A stretch of DNA of 64,000 bases from an uncultured Eubacteriales bacterium (GTDB lineage: Bacteria; Bacillota; Clostridia; Oscillospirales; Acutalibacteraceae), in the NCBI GenBank assembly GCA_964516565.1, contig CAZEXA010000002.1, positions 1,556 through 65,555 on the forward strand. Reading direction: 5' to 3'. A model generated the notes under the pieces. It worked only from the letters and a program-made list of their open reading frames with translations, was not told the DNA's origin and made no database searches. Of the stretch, positions 24,709 through 32,764 are shown piece by piece. Position numbers and translations under genes: made by a program. How positions within the stretch are numbered: position 1 is the first letter of the stretch; the number at the start of each line of letters is the position of its first letter.

Positions 24709-25611
24709 TTAGGATTGGTTATACTCCTCAAAATACCCGACGGCCTGAAGCTCCCGGTGAATTTCCGCCTTTTCGGTGTCGGTGAGGAGCGCTCCGGGAA
24801 ATGCCGAAACACCCGCGTCGATGCCCGCGTAGGACAGCATATGCTTTACGGTACGGATGACGCCGTGTCTGATGATGATCTCAATGACCCTGTTGACTTT
24901 AAACTGCTGTTGTCTTGCTGTTTCATAGTCACCCTTAATAAACGCGTCGTAAAGGCGGCAGTATTCGCGGCACATGACGTTGTAGGTCGAACCGATACCG
25001 GCGTCTGCGCCCATAGTAAGGCCGCATACGAGCATTTCGTCGGGTCCGTTAATGACGTTGATGTCCCCGCCGTTCAGGAGCTTGATGCGGTGCATGTCAT
25101 AGAAGTTTGTCAGTGTAAACTTGATTCCAATGATATTTTCAATCTCAATGAGGTTTTCCATAAGACCGACCACGTCTGTTCCCGCCATCATGCCCTGCGC
25201 GTAGGCGAGAACAGGAAGCCCTGCTTCAGAAAGGCGCTTGTAATACTCGATGACCTCGGCCTGCCCGTACTGAAAATAAAAGTTCGGCAGCACCGACGAC
25301 ACGGCATTGCAGCCGACCTCACGCGCGTGATTCGCCAGACGCATAGCCTCCTCGGGTGAGGCAGCGCCCACATGGTTGATGACGACGCCGCGTCCGTTGT
25401 TATATTCCATAACAAGCTCGGCGGTTTCTCGGCGCTGAGTCTCAGTGAGCACCGGCCCCTCACCGGTCGTCCCGCAAATATAGAAGCCTGCGGCGCCCTC
25501 CCGGTAATCGTAGTCGAGAATCTGACGAATGGCGTCTTTATTCACTTTGCCCTGTATGGTCAGAGGGGTGACAAGTGCCGGCATGATGCCTTTGAATTTA
25601 ACGTTTGACAT
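24709..25611 (-). CDS. DapA/NanA-family class I aldolase (N-acetylneuraminate lyase / DHDPS-like)
   Basis: 300 aa. Motifs GIMPALVTPL, ICGTTGEGPVLT, and the Schiff-base region IIGIKFT. Confidence 0.7.
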   Translation of the reverse strand: MSNVKFKGIMPALVTPLTIQGKVNKDAIRQILDYDYREGAAGFYICGTTGEGPVLTETQRRETAELVMEYNNGRGVVINHVGAASPEEAMRLANHAREVGCNAVSSVLPNFYFQYGQAEVIEYYKRLSEAGLPVLAYAQGMMAGTDVVGLMENLIEIENIIGIKFTLTNFYDMHRIKLLNGGDINVINGPDEMLVCGLTMGADAGIGSTYNVMCREYCRLYDAFIKGDYETARQQQFKVNRVIEIIIRHGVIRTVKHMLSYAGIDAGVSAFPGALLTDTEKAEIHRELQAVGYFEEYNQS

Positions 25612-25639
25612 GACTTACTACACGCTCCTGTTGTTTGTT

Positions 25640-25673
25640 ATAGTATCGTATTTTACGGTGAATGTCAATTCAC
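25640..25673 (-). promoter_or_regulatory. Candidate promoter for the aldolase operon, with a palindrome over the -35 box
   Basis: On the minus strand: TTGACA (25668..25663), a 17-nt spacer, then TACTAT (25645..25640). The palindrome GTGAAT-gtca-ATTCAC spans 25658..25673 and covers the -35 box. Confidence 0.45.
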
Positions 25674-25748
25674 TTTTTGAGAAATTTTAAAAAAATGCAT
25701 ATATTCTTAAAAATCCGCTCTTTTCCACGCGTTCTAAACAAGTTTCCC

Positions 25749-25777
25749 TTGACCTCGGTTAAAAAACATGATACATT
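25749..25777 (+). promoter_or_regulatory. Candidate sigma-A promoter for the ABC-DUF1854-ABC operon
   Basis: TTGACC (25749-25754), a 17-nt spacer ending in TGa, then TACATT (25772-25777). Confidence 0.45.
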
Positions 25778-25851
25778 AGATAGCGTTCTCCTTAAATGGT
25801 AAATTGGTAATCAGTATATACCATCCCCTTATGCTTGTAAAGAATATAATT

Positions 25852-28242
25852 ATGAACATTTTGTCAAGGCTTCTCGTAAAATTGCATATCAGGCGGACTC
25901 CGCAAAATCCCGGCGGAGAGTTCGCGTCTATACTCCCCTCTGACGTTAGCGAACGGCTTTTGTCGGAGGGGCTTTCGACCTCTGACCTGATTTGCGGCAA
26001 AAAAAGCGATAGAAACGCCGGCGGGGAATATTGTGAAAACTACGTTTTCTTTGACGATAAAGGGCTATATATCGCCGCGTTCTCCGAAAAAGTCAAACCG
26101 AAAAGAGGCCATAAAAAGCTTGCGGCAAAGGCGGAGCTGTTGAGCCTGCATACGATTCCGCTCTCCGAAATCGACACGCTGAAAACCGAACGGTTTTTGG
26201 CCACCGGTCTGTTAATCTATACATATCAAGGCACGGACTATGCGGTCACGCTTTTCTCGCTGGGGCTTATCGGCCCCTTTGACGAGTTGGCTAAAGTATT
26301 CAACGCCTATAAAGAAGGGCGCGACTATCAGTCCTTGATCGAGCACCCTGAGGAAAAAAAGTGTCCTGTCTGCGGCAAACCGGCACCGCCCGGCAAAACC
26401 TTCTGTAAAAAGTGTTCGGGGCGCTCCTCGACCGCCAAACGGCTGCTCGTCTTCTTTGCTCCTCACAAATGGAAGATGGCCTTTATCGTTGCCGCCATGC
26501 TCATAAGTACCGGACTGTCGCTGTACACCCCTCAGATCGGCACCAAGAAGCTGTTCAATGACGTGCTGTCCGGTGCCGGTCAATCCGACTACAAGACACT
26601 GCTGGCGGGGCTTGGCTCGATTGTTTTATCGGTTGTCGCCATCAGAATCTTCAACCAGCTTTTCACCATTGTCTATCAGTATATTCTCGCCGGTATGCTG
26701 CCGTGGGTCATTTACGACATCAAGGTCAAGATTTTCTCGGCGATGCAGCGCCTGTCGGTCGGCTTTTTCACCCATAAACAGACAGGCTCTCTGATGGAGC
26801 GCGTCACGAGGGACGCCACCAATGTCTACTGGTTCTTCATCGACGGCTTGCCGTATCTGGTCATCAGCTCCGTGACGGTCGTCGGCGTGCTCATCATCAT
26901 GTTTGTCACCAGTTCGCGTTTGACCGTCGCGGTGCTCGCGGTTGCCGTCATCGTCGGCGTGCTGTACCCCGTATTTTCCAAAGCGTTTTTGCGCCTCCAC
27001 CACCGCGTTTGGGTCAAAAACGCTTCGCTCAGCTCCAAGGTCAGCGATAATATTAATGGTCACCGCATCATCAAGGCCTTCTCTAAGGAGGAGGATGAGC
27101 TTGAAGATTTTTCCGGTTACAGCAAGCGCCTCATGGATGCCGAAATCCGCTATTCCAACGCCGAGGCGACCGTCTTTCCGCTCTTGACAGTAACGGTTTT
27201 TCTGCTCGGGGCGCTCGTGCTCGGTTACGGCGGCATCCTTGTCAGCAGCGGAAGTATGAAGCTTGGTGACCTACTCGCCTTCGTTGTCTATATGCAGATG
27301 CTCCAGAGTCCCCTTGAGTTTCTCTCGTGGGTGCTCAACTGGTGGGCGCGCTGCTCGGATTCGGCGCAGCGTATGTTCGAGATCATCGACACAACGCCCG
27401 ATGTCCTTGAACGCGAAAACCCCGTCATACTGCCTGAGATTAAAGGCGATATTGATATAAACGAGCTGCGCTTCGAATATGAGCCGGCGCGGCCGATTAT
27501 AAAGAATCTGAACCTCAAGGTCCGCGCCGGAGAAATGCTCGGACTTGTCGGCAAGACCGGCGCGGGCAAAACGACGCTCGCAAACTTGATTGCGCGGCTC
27601 TATGACGTCAAGGAGGGCACGATTACCATTGACGGTGTCGATGTCAAGGATTTACCCTTAAAACAACTGCGCCGGAGCATCGGCATCGTATCGCAGGACA
27701 TATTTTTGTTCATCGGCACCGTTGCCGACAATATACGATACGCCAACCCCGACGCCTCCTATGACGATATCATCGCCGCCGCCAAGGCGGCGTCGGCGCA
27801 TGACTTCATCATGAAGCTCCCCGACGGATATGAAACAAGGGTCGGCTCCGGCGGACAGGACCTCTCCGGCGGCGAACGGCAGCGCATATCCATTGCGCGC
27901 GCCATTATCCAGAATCCGCGGATTCTGATTCTTGATGAGGCGACCGCCGCCATGGACACCGAAACCGAGCAGAAAATTCAAAACTCACTGAGCGCGCTCA
28001 AAACCGGGCGCACCACGATTGCCATCGCCCATCGGCTCAGCACGCTGCGCGACGCCGATTTTCTTGCCGTCATCGACGACGGCAAAGTCGCCGAGTATGG
28101 CACATACCGTGAGCTTATGGCGAAAAAGGGCGAATACTACAAGCTGTATAAGATGCAATCCGAAGCCCTGAAATTCATCGGTATCGCCTTAAGTCCCGAC
28201 GATGGAGAAATGCTCAAAGAGGAGGAAAACAACAATGAGTGA
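25852..28242 (+). CDS. ABC exporter half-transporter (TMD-NBD) with a ~200-aa N-terminal cytoplasmic extension ending in a zinc ribbon
   Basis: The extension has a beta-rich segment (YVFFDDKGLYIAAF...LLIYTYQGTDYAVTLFS) and CPVCG-x11-CKKC. Six TM helices follow, then Walker A GKTGAGKTT, signature LSGGERQR and Walker B LILDEATAAMD. The start is uncertain: ATG 25852, ATG 25831 and TTG 25804 are all candidates and none has a clear SD. Confidence 0.8.
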   Translation: MNILSRLLVKLHIRRTPQNPGGEFASILPSDVSERLLSEGLSTSDLICGKKSDRNAGGEYCENYVFFDDKGLYIAAFSEKVKPKRGHKKLAAKAELLSLHTIPLSEIDTLKTERFLATGLLIYTYQGTDYAVTLFSLGLIGPFDELAKVFNAYKEGRDYQSLIEHPEEKKCPVCGKPAPPGKTFCKKCSGRSSTAKRLLVFFAPHKWKMAFIVAAMLISTGLSLYTPQIGTKKLFNDVLSGAGQSDYKTLLAGLGSIVLSVVAIRIFNQLFTIVYQYILAGMLPWVIYDIKVKIFSAMQRLSVGFFTHKQTGSLMERVTRDATNVYWFFIDGLPYLVISSVTVVGVLIIMFVTSSRLTVAVLAVAVIVGVLYPVFSKAFLRLHHRVWVKNASLSSKVSDNINGHRIIKAFSKEEDELEDFSGYSKRLMDAEIRYSNAEATVFPLLTVTVFLLGALVLGYGGILVSSGSMKLGDLLAFVVYMQMLQSPLEFLSWVLNWWARCSDSAQRMFEIIDTTPDVLERENPVILPEIKGDIDINELRFEYEPARPIIKNLNLKVRAGEMLGLVGKTGAGKTTLANLIARLYDVKEGTITIDGVDVKDLPLKQLRRSIGIVSQDIFLFIGTVADNIRYANPDASYDDIIAAAKAASAHDFIMKLPDGYETRVGSGGQDLSGGERQRISIARAIIQNPRILILDEATAAMDTETEQKIQNSLSALKTGRTTIAIAHRLSTLRDADFLAVIDDGKVAEYGTYRELMAKKGEYYKLYKMQSEALKFIGIALSPDDGEMLKEEENNNE

Positions 28243-28738
28243 TGACACCTTACTGTTGACCTGCTTAGACCCTGCTGCGGTGCGCCTGTCGCGCAACGAA
28301 AACGGGTTTGTCGTCCTGTTCCTGAACGGCGAAAGCAAGGGACGCGTCAAACTGACGCGTGCCTATCCGTATGGGCTGCCCTACGCCTATATCGGCGTCA
28401 CCGACATTGAGGACAATGAACTGGGCATCATCAAATCGCTCGACGAGCTCGACGAACCTTCTGCGGCAACCGCGAGGGACGAGCTTGACAAACGCTACTA
28501 TTGCCCGGAAATCACTGAAATTACGTCCATCAAGGAGAAAATGGGCAGCTTTTACTTTGAAACGAAGATAGACGGCAGAAATAAAAGTTTTGCCGTCAAG
28601 GATATCAGCCGCAACATCCGCATGATCTCCGAAAGTCAAATTTTAATTTTTGATGTTGACGGCAACCGTTTTTCGATTCCGCACTACGACAAGATCAAAA
28701 AGAAGACGCGAAAACTGCTTGAGCCTTATCTGTATTAA
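28235..28738 (+). CDS. DUF1854-like ABC-transporter-associated protein
   Basis: Start trimmed to MSDDTLLL (ATG 28235, SD GGAGGAA), overlapping the upstream stop by 8 nt. It is 167 aa, soluble, and sits between two ABC exporter genes. I recall that arrangement as typical of DUF1854. Confidence 0.6.
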   Translation: MSDDTLLLTCLDPAAVRLSRNENGFVVLFLNGESKGRVKLTRAYPYGLPYAYIGVTDIEDNELGIIKSLDELDEPSAATARDELDKRYYCPEITEITSIKEKMGSFYFETKIDGRNKSFAVKDISRNIRMISESQILIFDVDGNRFSIPHYDKIKKKTRKLLEPYLY

Positions 28739-28741
28739 CAT

Positions 28742-30904
28742 ATGAAAACAATATCGGTACAATTTGACTTGCGCGGGGACAACACCCTGTGCGACGGCGC
28801 ACTGACGTTCGGCGGCGGATATTTTACCGCGGCCTGTGACGGCGGCGAACCTCGCTGTGTCCCGGCAGAGGGAATTGCCGAGGCGCGGCAGTTCACCGAC
28901 GTCGGCTGCGGGCGGCTTGAGCTTGTCCCCGTCGGCGCGCCTGCCGACGGCAGTCAGAATATCACGCTCTGCCGTTTCTCTATGTCCTGTGTCGTTTCCG
29001 TGGGCGAATTTTGTAAGGTAGTCAACCATTATATCAAGACCGGCGAGCTACTCTCTATAGCCGTGACCGAGCAGAGCATCTGCCCGACCTGCGGACGGCA
29101 CTTAATCGAGGGACTCGACGTCTGCCTGTTCTGCGTTAAAAAAGGGTATGTCTTTTCACGCGCCATGACCTTTTTCAAGAAGTATCTGCCGCTCGTCCTC
29201 TTTTCGGGTACGCTGATGATTATCGCCAACCTGCTCTCGACAATTGTACCGATATTCAACCAAAAGCTCATTGACGACTATATCTCCCCCACTGCCGGCG
29301 CCACGCCGTATTTTGATTCTCCCACAAAGGGCATCGCGGTCTTAGCGCTTTTAATGTGCGGCACATTCGCCGTCGGTAAGGTTTTTTCGATGTTCAGTGC
29401 CCGTATCTCAAACAGGGTCGGTTCCCGCTTCTCCAACGACCTGCGCCTGATGGTTTACGACAAAATCCAGTGCCTGTCGCTCTCCTCCATTTCCAAAAAG
29501 ACGAGCGGCAACCTCATAAAACGCGTGACGAGGGATACCGAAGTCGTTAAGGAGTTCTTTAACCAGCAGGGCAGCTACCTGCTGTCCCAGACGGTTATTT
29601 TCGCCGTATCGCTCTTTATGCTGTTCAAAACAAACGGGCTGTTAGCGTTTCTGGTCATCGTTCCCGTTCCCGTCGGAATATTTGCCATCAACCGTTTCTG
29701 GCGCGTCGTCCATGTGCGTTACGAAAAACAGTGGCGCGCCGAAGCAAAGGGCACCTCCATCCTGCACGACATCATCAAGGGTATCCGCGTGGTCAAGGCT
29801 TTCGGCAATGAGGAGCGGGAAATCGGCAAGTTTTCCGAGGTTTCAAAATCTCTGGCGAAAGTCTCCTCTTCAAACGAAAAATTCTGGTCGCTCACCTTCC
29901 CCTTGGTCGGCAATTTCATGGCGCTCGGCGAATTTCTGGTGTTTTGGTTCGGCGGCAAAATGGTGCTTCAGGGAACGCTGTCGCTCGGGGAGCTTGTCAT
30001 GTTCAATACCTATCTCGGCTTTTTATACACGCCGCTGCGCTGGATGTCAACGCTGCCGCGGCGTATCGCCGAAGCCTCAACGAGCCTGATTAAGCTCTAT
30101 GAAATCCTCGATGAAGAATCCGTTATCAAAGAAGCCGTCGAACCGAAGCCCCTGAATGCCGGCGGTACGGTGGAGTTTCACGACGTCCAGTTCGGTTACA
30201 AATCCTACGAACCGGTGCTGAGGGATATTTCCCTAAAAATCAAGCCGGGTGAAATGATTGGGCTTGTCGGTCACTCGGGTGCGGGTAAATCGACGCTCAT
30301 CAATCTCTGTATGCGCCTGTACGACCCCTCTCTCGGCACGATTACCATTGACGGCACCGACCTTAAGGACATCTCCCCCTATGAATTGCGCCAGAATATC
30401 GGCGTAGTATTCCAAGAAACCTATCTGTTTTCGGGCAGCGTCGGAGAAAATATCGCCTATGCCCGCCCCGACGCCTCGACCGGGGAAATCATCGCCGCAG
30501 CGAAGGCAGCCAACGCGCATGAGTTCATCATGAAGCTTCCCGACGGCTACAACACAACCGTCGGTGAAAACGGACATTCGCTGTCCGGCGGCGAGCGTCA
30601 GCGCGTCGCTATCGCCCGCGCCATTCTCAAAAATCCCCGTATTCTGATTCTCGACGAGGCGACAAGCTCGCTTGACCCGGAAACTGAGGGTAAGATTCAG
30701 GAAGCCATCGGTCGGCTCACCGAAAACCGTACCACCATCGCCATCGCCCACCGGCTCTCCACTCTTAGGAACGCCAACCGGCTCATCGTCATCGAAAAGG
30801 GGCGTATCGCCGAAACCGGCACCCATAAGGAGCTGATGGAACGGCGCGGCATCTATTACGGTCTGGTTATGGCGCAGAGGCAGACGGCAAAACTCAAGAA
30901 CTGA
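28742..30904 (+). CDS. ABC exporter half-transporter (TMD-NBD) with a ~130-aa N-terminal extension ending in a zinc ribbon
   Basis: 720 aa. The extension ends in CPTCG-x10-CLFC, followed by six TM helices, Walker A GHSGAGKST, signature LSGGERQR and Walker B LILDEATSSLD. Confidence 0.85.
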   Translation: MKTISVQFDLRGDNTLCDGALTFGGGYFTAACDGGEPRCVPAEGIAEARQFTDVGCGRLELVPVGAPADGSQNITLCRFSMSCVVSVGEFCKVVNHYIKTGELLSIAVTEQSICPTCGRHLIEGLDVCLFCVKKGYVFSRAMTFFKKYLPLVLFSGTLMIIANLLSTIVPIFNQKLIDDYISPTAGATPYFDSPTKGIAVLALLMCGTFAVGKVFSMFSARISNRVGSRFSNDLRLMVYDKIQCLSLSSISKKTSGNLIKRVTRDTEVVKEFFNQQGSYLLSQTVIFAVSLFMLFKTNGLLAFLVIVPVPVGIFAINRFWRVVHVRYEKQWRAEAKGTSILHDIIKGIRVVKAFGNEEREIGKFSEVSKSLAKVSSSNEKFWSLTFPLVGNFMALGEFLVFWFGGKMVLQGTLSLGELVMFNTYLGFLYTPLRWMSTLPRRIAEASTSLIKLYEILDEESVIKEAVEPKPLNAGGTVEFHDVQFGYKSYEPVLRDISLKIKPGEMIGLVGHSGAGKSTLINLCMRLYDPSLGTITIDGTDLKDISPYELRQNIGVVFQETYLFSGSVGENIAYARPDASTGEIIAAAKAANAHEFIMKLPDGYNTTVGENGHSLSGGERQRVAIARAILKNPRILILDEATSSLDPETEGKIQEAIGRLTENRTTIAIAHRLSTLRNANRLIVIEKGRIAETGTHKELMERRGIYYGLVMAQRQTAKLKN

Positions 30905-30949
30905 GCCTTAAGCGCGGTTCTTGAAGAGTGACAATCCGGATAATAAAAC

Positions 30950-30972
30950 ACGGGAGGGTTTTACCCTCCCGT
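30950..30972. terminator. Stem-loop between the convergent ABC and hydrogenase operons
   Basis: ACGGGAGGG-tttta-CCCTCCCGT forms a 9-bp GC-rich stem. T-rich sequence follows on the minus strand (TGTTTTATTAT), while the tail on the + strand is weaker. Confidence 0.6.
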
Positions 30973-30978
30973 AATTGA

Positions 30979-31449
30979 TTATTTAGTGGTTTTGAACAGC
31001 CGGTATAAGTTTTCCACGGCGGCGGCGACCGCCGCACAGACCGGTTCGCCGAATGCCGTGCTCTGCGGTTGAATTCCGATACAGACAACCTCACAGCCGA
31101 TTTCGGCCTTCAGGTACGAAAGCATCAACGACAGCGGGAGCATATGCGTGGAAAAGGAGATCCCGGCAATGTCATCGGTATCAATGATGCGTATGTCCCC
31201 CGGAGCCAGCCCCATTTCGGCGGCGTCCGCGATAAACAGCGTGTCCGGAGAGAACGCCTTGATGACCCCTGTGAAGTTTTCGGGAGCTGTCGACCCGGCG
31301 GTGACGAGCATTCCGTCCGGAGCGCTTTTTTTAAGCTTTTCCGCCAAAATCATCCCGGCGGCATCGTCGGCCTTTAAGACCGAGCCGACGCCGAGAACGG
31401 CAGGATGCTTACTGACGGCAAGTTTATTTCGCAGGACGTCCTCGATCAT
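30979..31449 (-). CDS. hycI: Hydrogenase maturation endopeptidase, HycI-type
   Basis: 156 aa. Motif VLGVGSVLKADDAAGMILAEKL. It is the last gene of the hydrogenase operon and its start forms an ATGA overlap. Confidence 0.8.
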   Translation of the reverse strand: MIEDVLRNKLAVSKHPAVLGVGSVLKADDAAGMILAEKLKKSAPDGMLVTAGSTAPENFTGVIKAFSPDTLFIADAAEMGLAPGDIRIIDTDDIAGISFSTHMLPLSLMLSYLKAEIGCEVVCIGIQPQSTAFGEPVCAAVAAAVENLYRLFKTTK

Positions 31450-31817
31450 AATTCAATAGACAGGTCTTTTTTTTCGAGGCTCGCCAAATCAACGCTCGGG
31501 GAGTTGGATAAACAATTTTTCGGGCAGGAATCGACGCACTGGCAACAGAAGATACACAAGCCCACGTCGAGAAACGCCCGCATTTTTTTGTCCTCTTTGG
31601 TACCCTCGTTGACAACCTTGATGGCACCTGTCGGGCAGTCACGCATACACATGGAGCAATTGATGCAATTGGTGCGGTCATAGACGATACGCCCGCGGTA
31701 ATTTTTTTCAACCTGAGGCGCGCCCTTTCCGGCATAGGAAATGGTAGCCGGTTTCTCAAACAGATTTTTGATCGCCTGCAGAGCGATTCTGCCGGGCGTC
31801 GCTTTTTTATTGCTCAT
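31446..31817 (-). CDS. NuoI/HycF-like 2x[4Fe-4S] ferredoxin subunit of the hydrogenase
   Basis: Start trimmed to MSNKKATPG (ATG 31817, ATGA overlap with the upstream stop). Cluster motifs CINCSMCMRDCP and CIFCCQCVDSCP. Confidence 0.8.
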   Translation of the reverse strand: MSNKKATPGRIALQAIKNLFEKPATISYAGKGAPQVEKNYRGRIVYDRTNCINCSMCMRDCPTGAIKVVNEGTKEDKKMRAFLDVGLCIFCCQCVDSCPKNCLSNSPSVDLASLEKKDLSIEL

Positions 31818-32764
31818 AGCACACCTCGAATCAGCAAATTGACAATAACCTGCGCCAGCGCGACAGGAGCTAAGTACTTCCAGCAAAAGCTGATGACGTT
31901 GTTGATACGCAGACGCGCCATGGAAACACGCAAGAGCGTCAATAGAAACAGCGTCAGCAGCGTTTTTACAAAATACAACAGGATATCTATCCATAGGATG
32001 CCCGTCAGAAACGGCAGGAATATGGCAGCAAAAAGTGAAATGACGAAGACCAGTTCACAGTCCTGCATCATGCGAATCAGTGCGAGCAGCCGCCCGCCGT
32101 ATTCGACGAGCGCGCCGGAAACGACCTCGGTTTCAGCCTCCGGCGAATCAAACGGCGCGCGCTCGAGCTTGCACTGAAACGAGATGAGCGCAACAATCGC
32201 CGCCGGGATATTGATCAGCGCGTAGAGCGGATGCGCCGCGTAATACGCGGTGATTCCCGAGAGCGACCACGTGTCGGAAAGAAGCGCCGGAGCGAGCAAC
32301 GAAACGAAAAGAGGCACCTCATAGGCGAAGAGCTGCGTCAGAATACGGGTTGCCCCGATGGTGGCGTAAGCGTCGCGCGAGTACCAGCCGGCAAGAAACA
32401 GCGCGAGCGGCGGGATGGTCAGAAAATAGAGGATGATAATCAGGTCGCCCTCAAACGAAAATGACGCCTGCGCCGAAAACAGCGGAACGTATACAAACCC
32501 GGCCGCCACCGCTGCTAAGGCGACAAGCGGCATCATGGCGAACATACGGGGATTGGCGTCCTTGGGAATCAGGGCACTCTTGCCGACAAGCTTTAAAAAG
32601 TCGGCAAGCGGTTGATACCACGGGGGACCCACGCGGCTCTGCATACGCGCGTACATCTTGCGGTCGAGAAACTCGAGGGCGAAGCTGTAGAGCGACAGAA
32701 ATAAAAAGCCGGGAAAAACAAACGTTTTTAAGAGCATTTCCAAAATTCTCATAGTAACCCTCAA
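31814..32764 (-). CDS. NuoH/HycD-like membrane subunit
   Basis: 316 aa, polytopic. It has the MQSRVGPPWYQPLADFLK (NADHdh family) signature. Confidence 0.8.
   Translation of the reverse strand: MRVTMRILEMLLKTFVFPGFLFLSLYSFALEFLDRKMYARMQSRVGPPWYQPLADFLKLVGKSALIPKDANPRMFAMMPLVALAAVAAGFVYVPLFSAQASFSFEGDLIIILYFLTIPPLALFLAGWYSRDAYATIGATRILTQLFAYEVPLFVSLLAPALLSDTWSLSGITAYYAAHPLYALINIPAAIVALISFQCKLERAPFDSPEAETEVVSGALVEYGGRLLALIRMMQDCELVFVISLFAAIFLPFLTGILWIDILLYFVKTLLTLFLLTLLRVSMARLRINNVISFCWKYLAPVALAQVIVNLLIRGVL

Noticed and set aside
25804-25851. The TTG-initiated extension (MVISIYHPLMLVKNII) of the first ABC exporter.
   Set aside because: It begins only about 20 nt after the predicted TSS and has no SD. 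ATG 25852 is preferred, but the true start remains uncertain.
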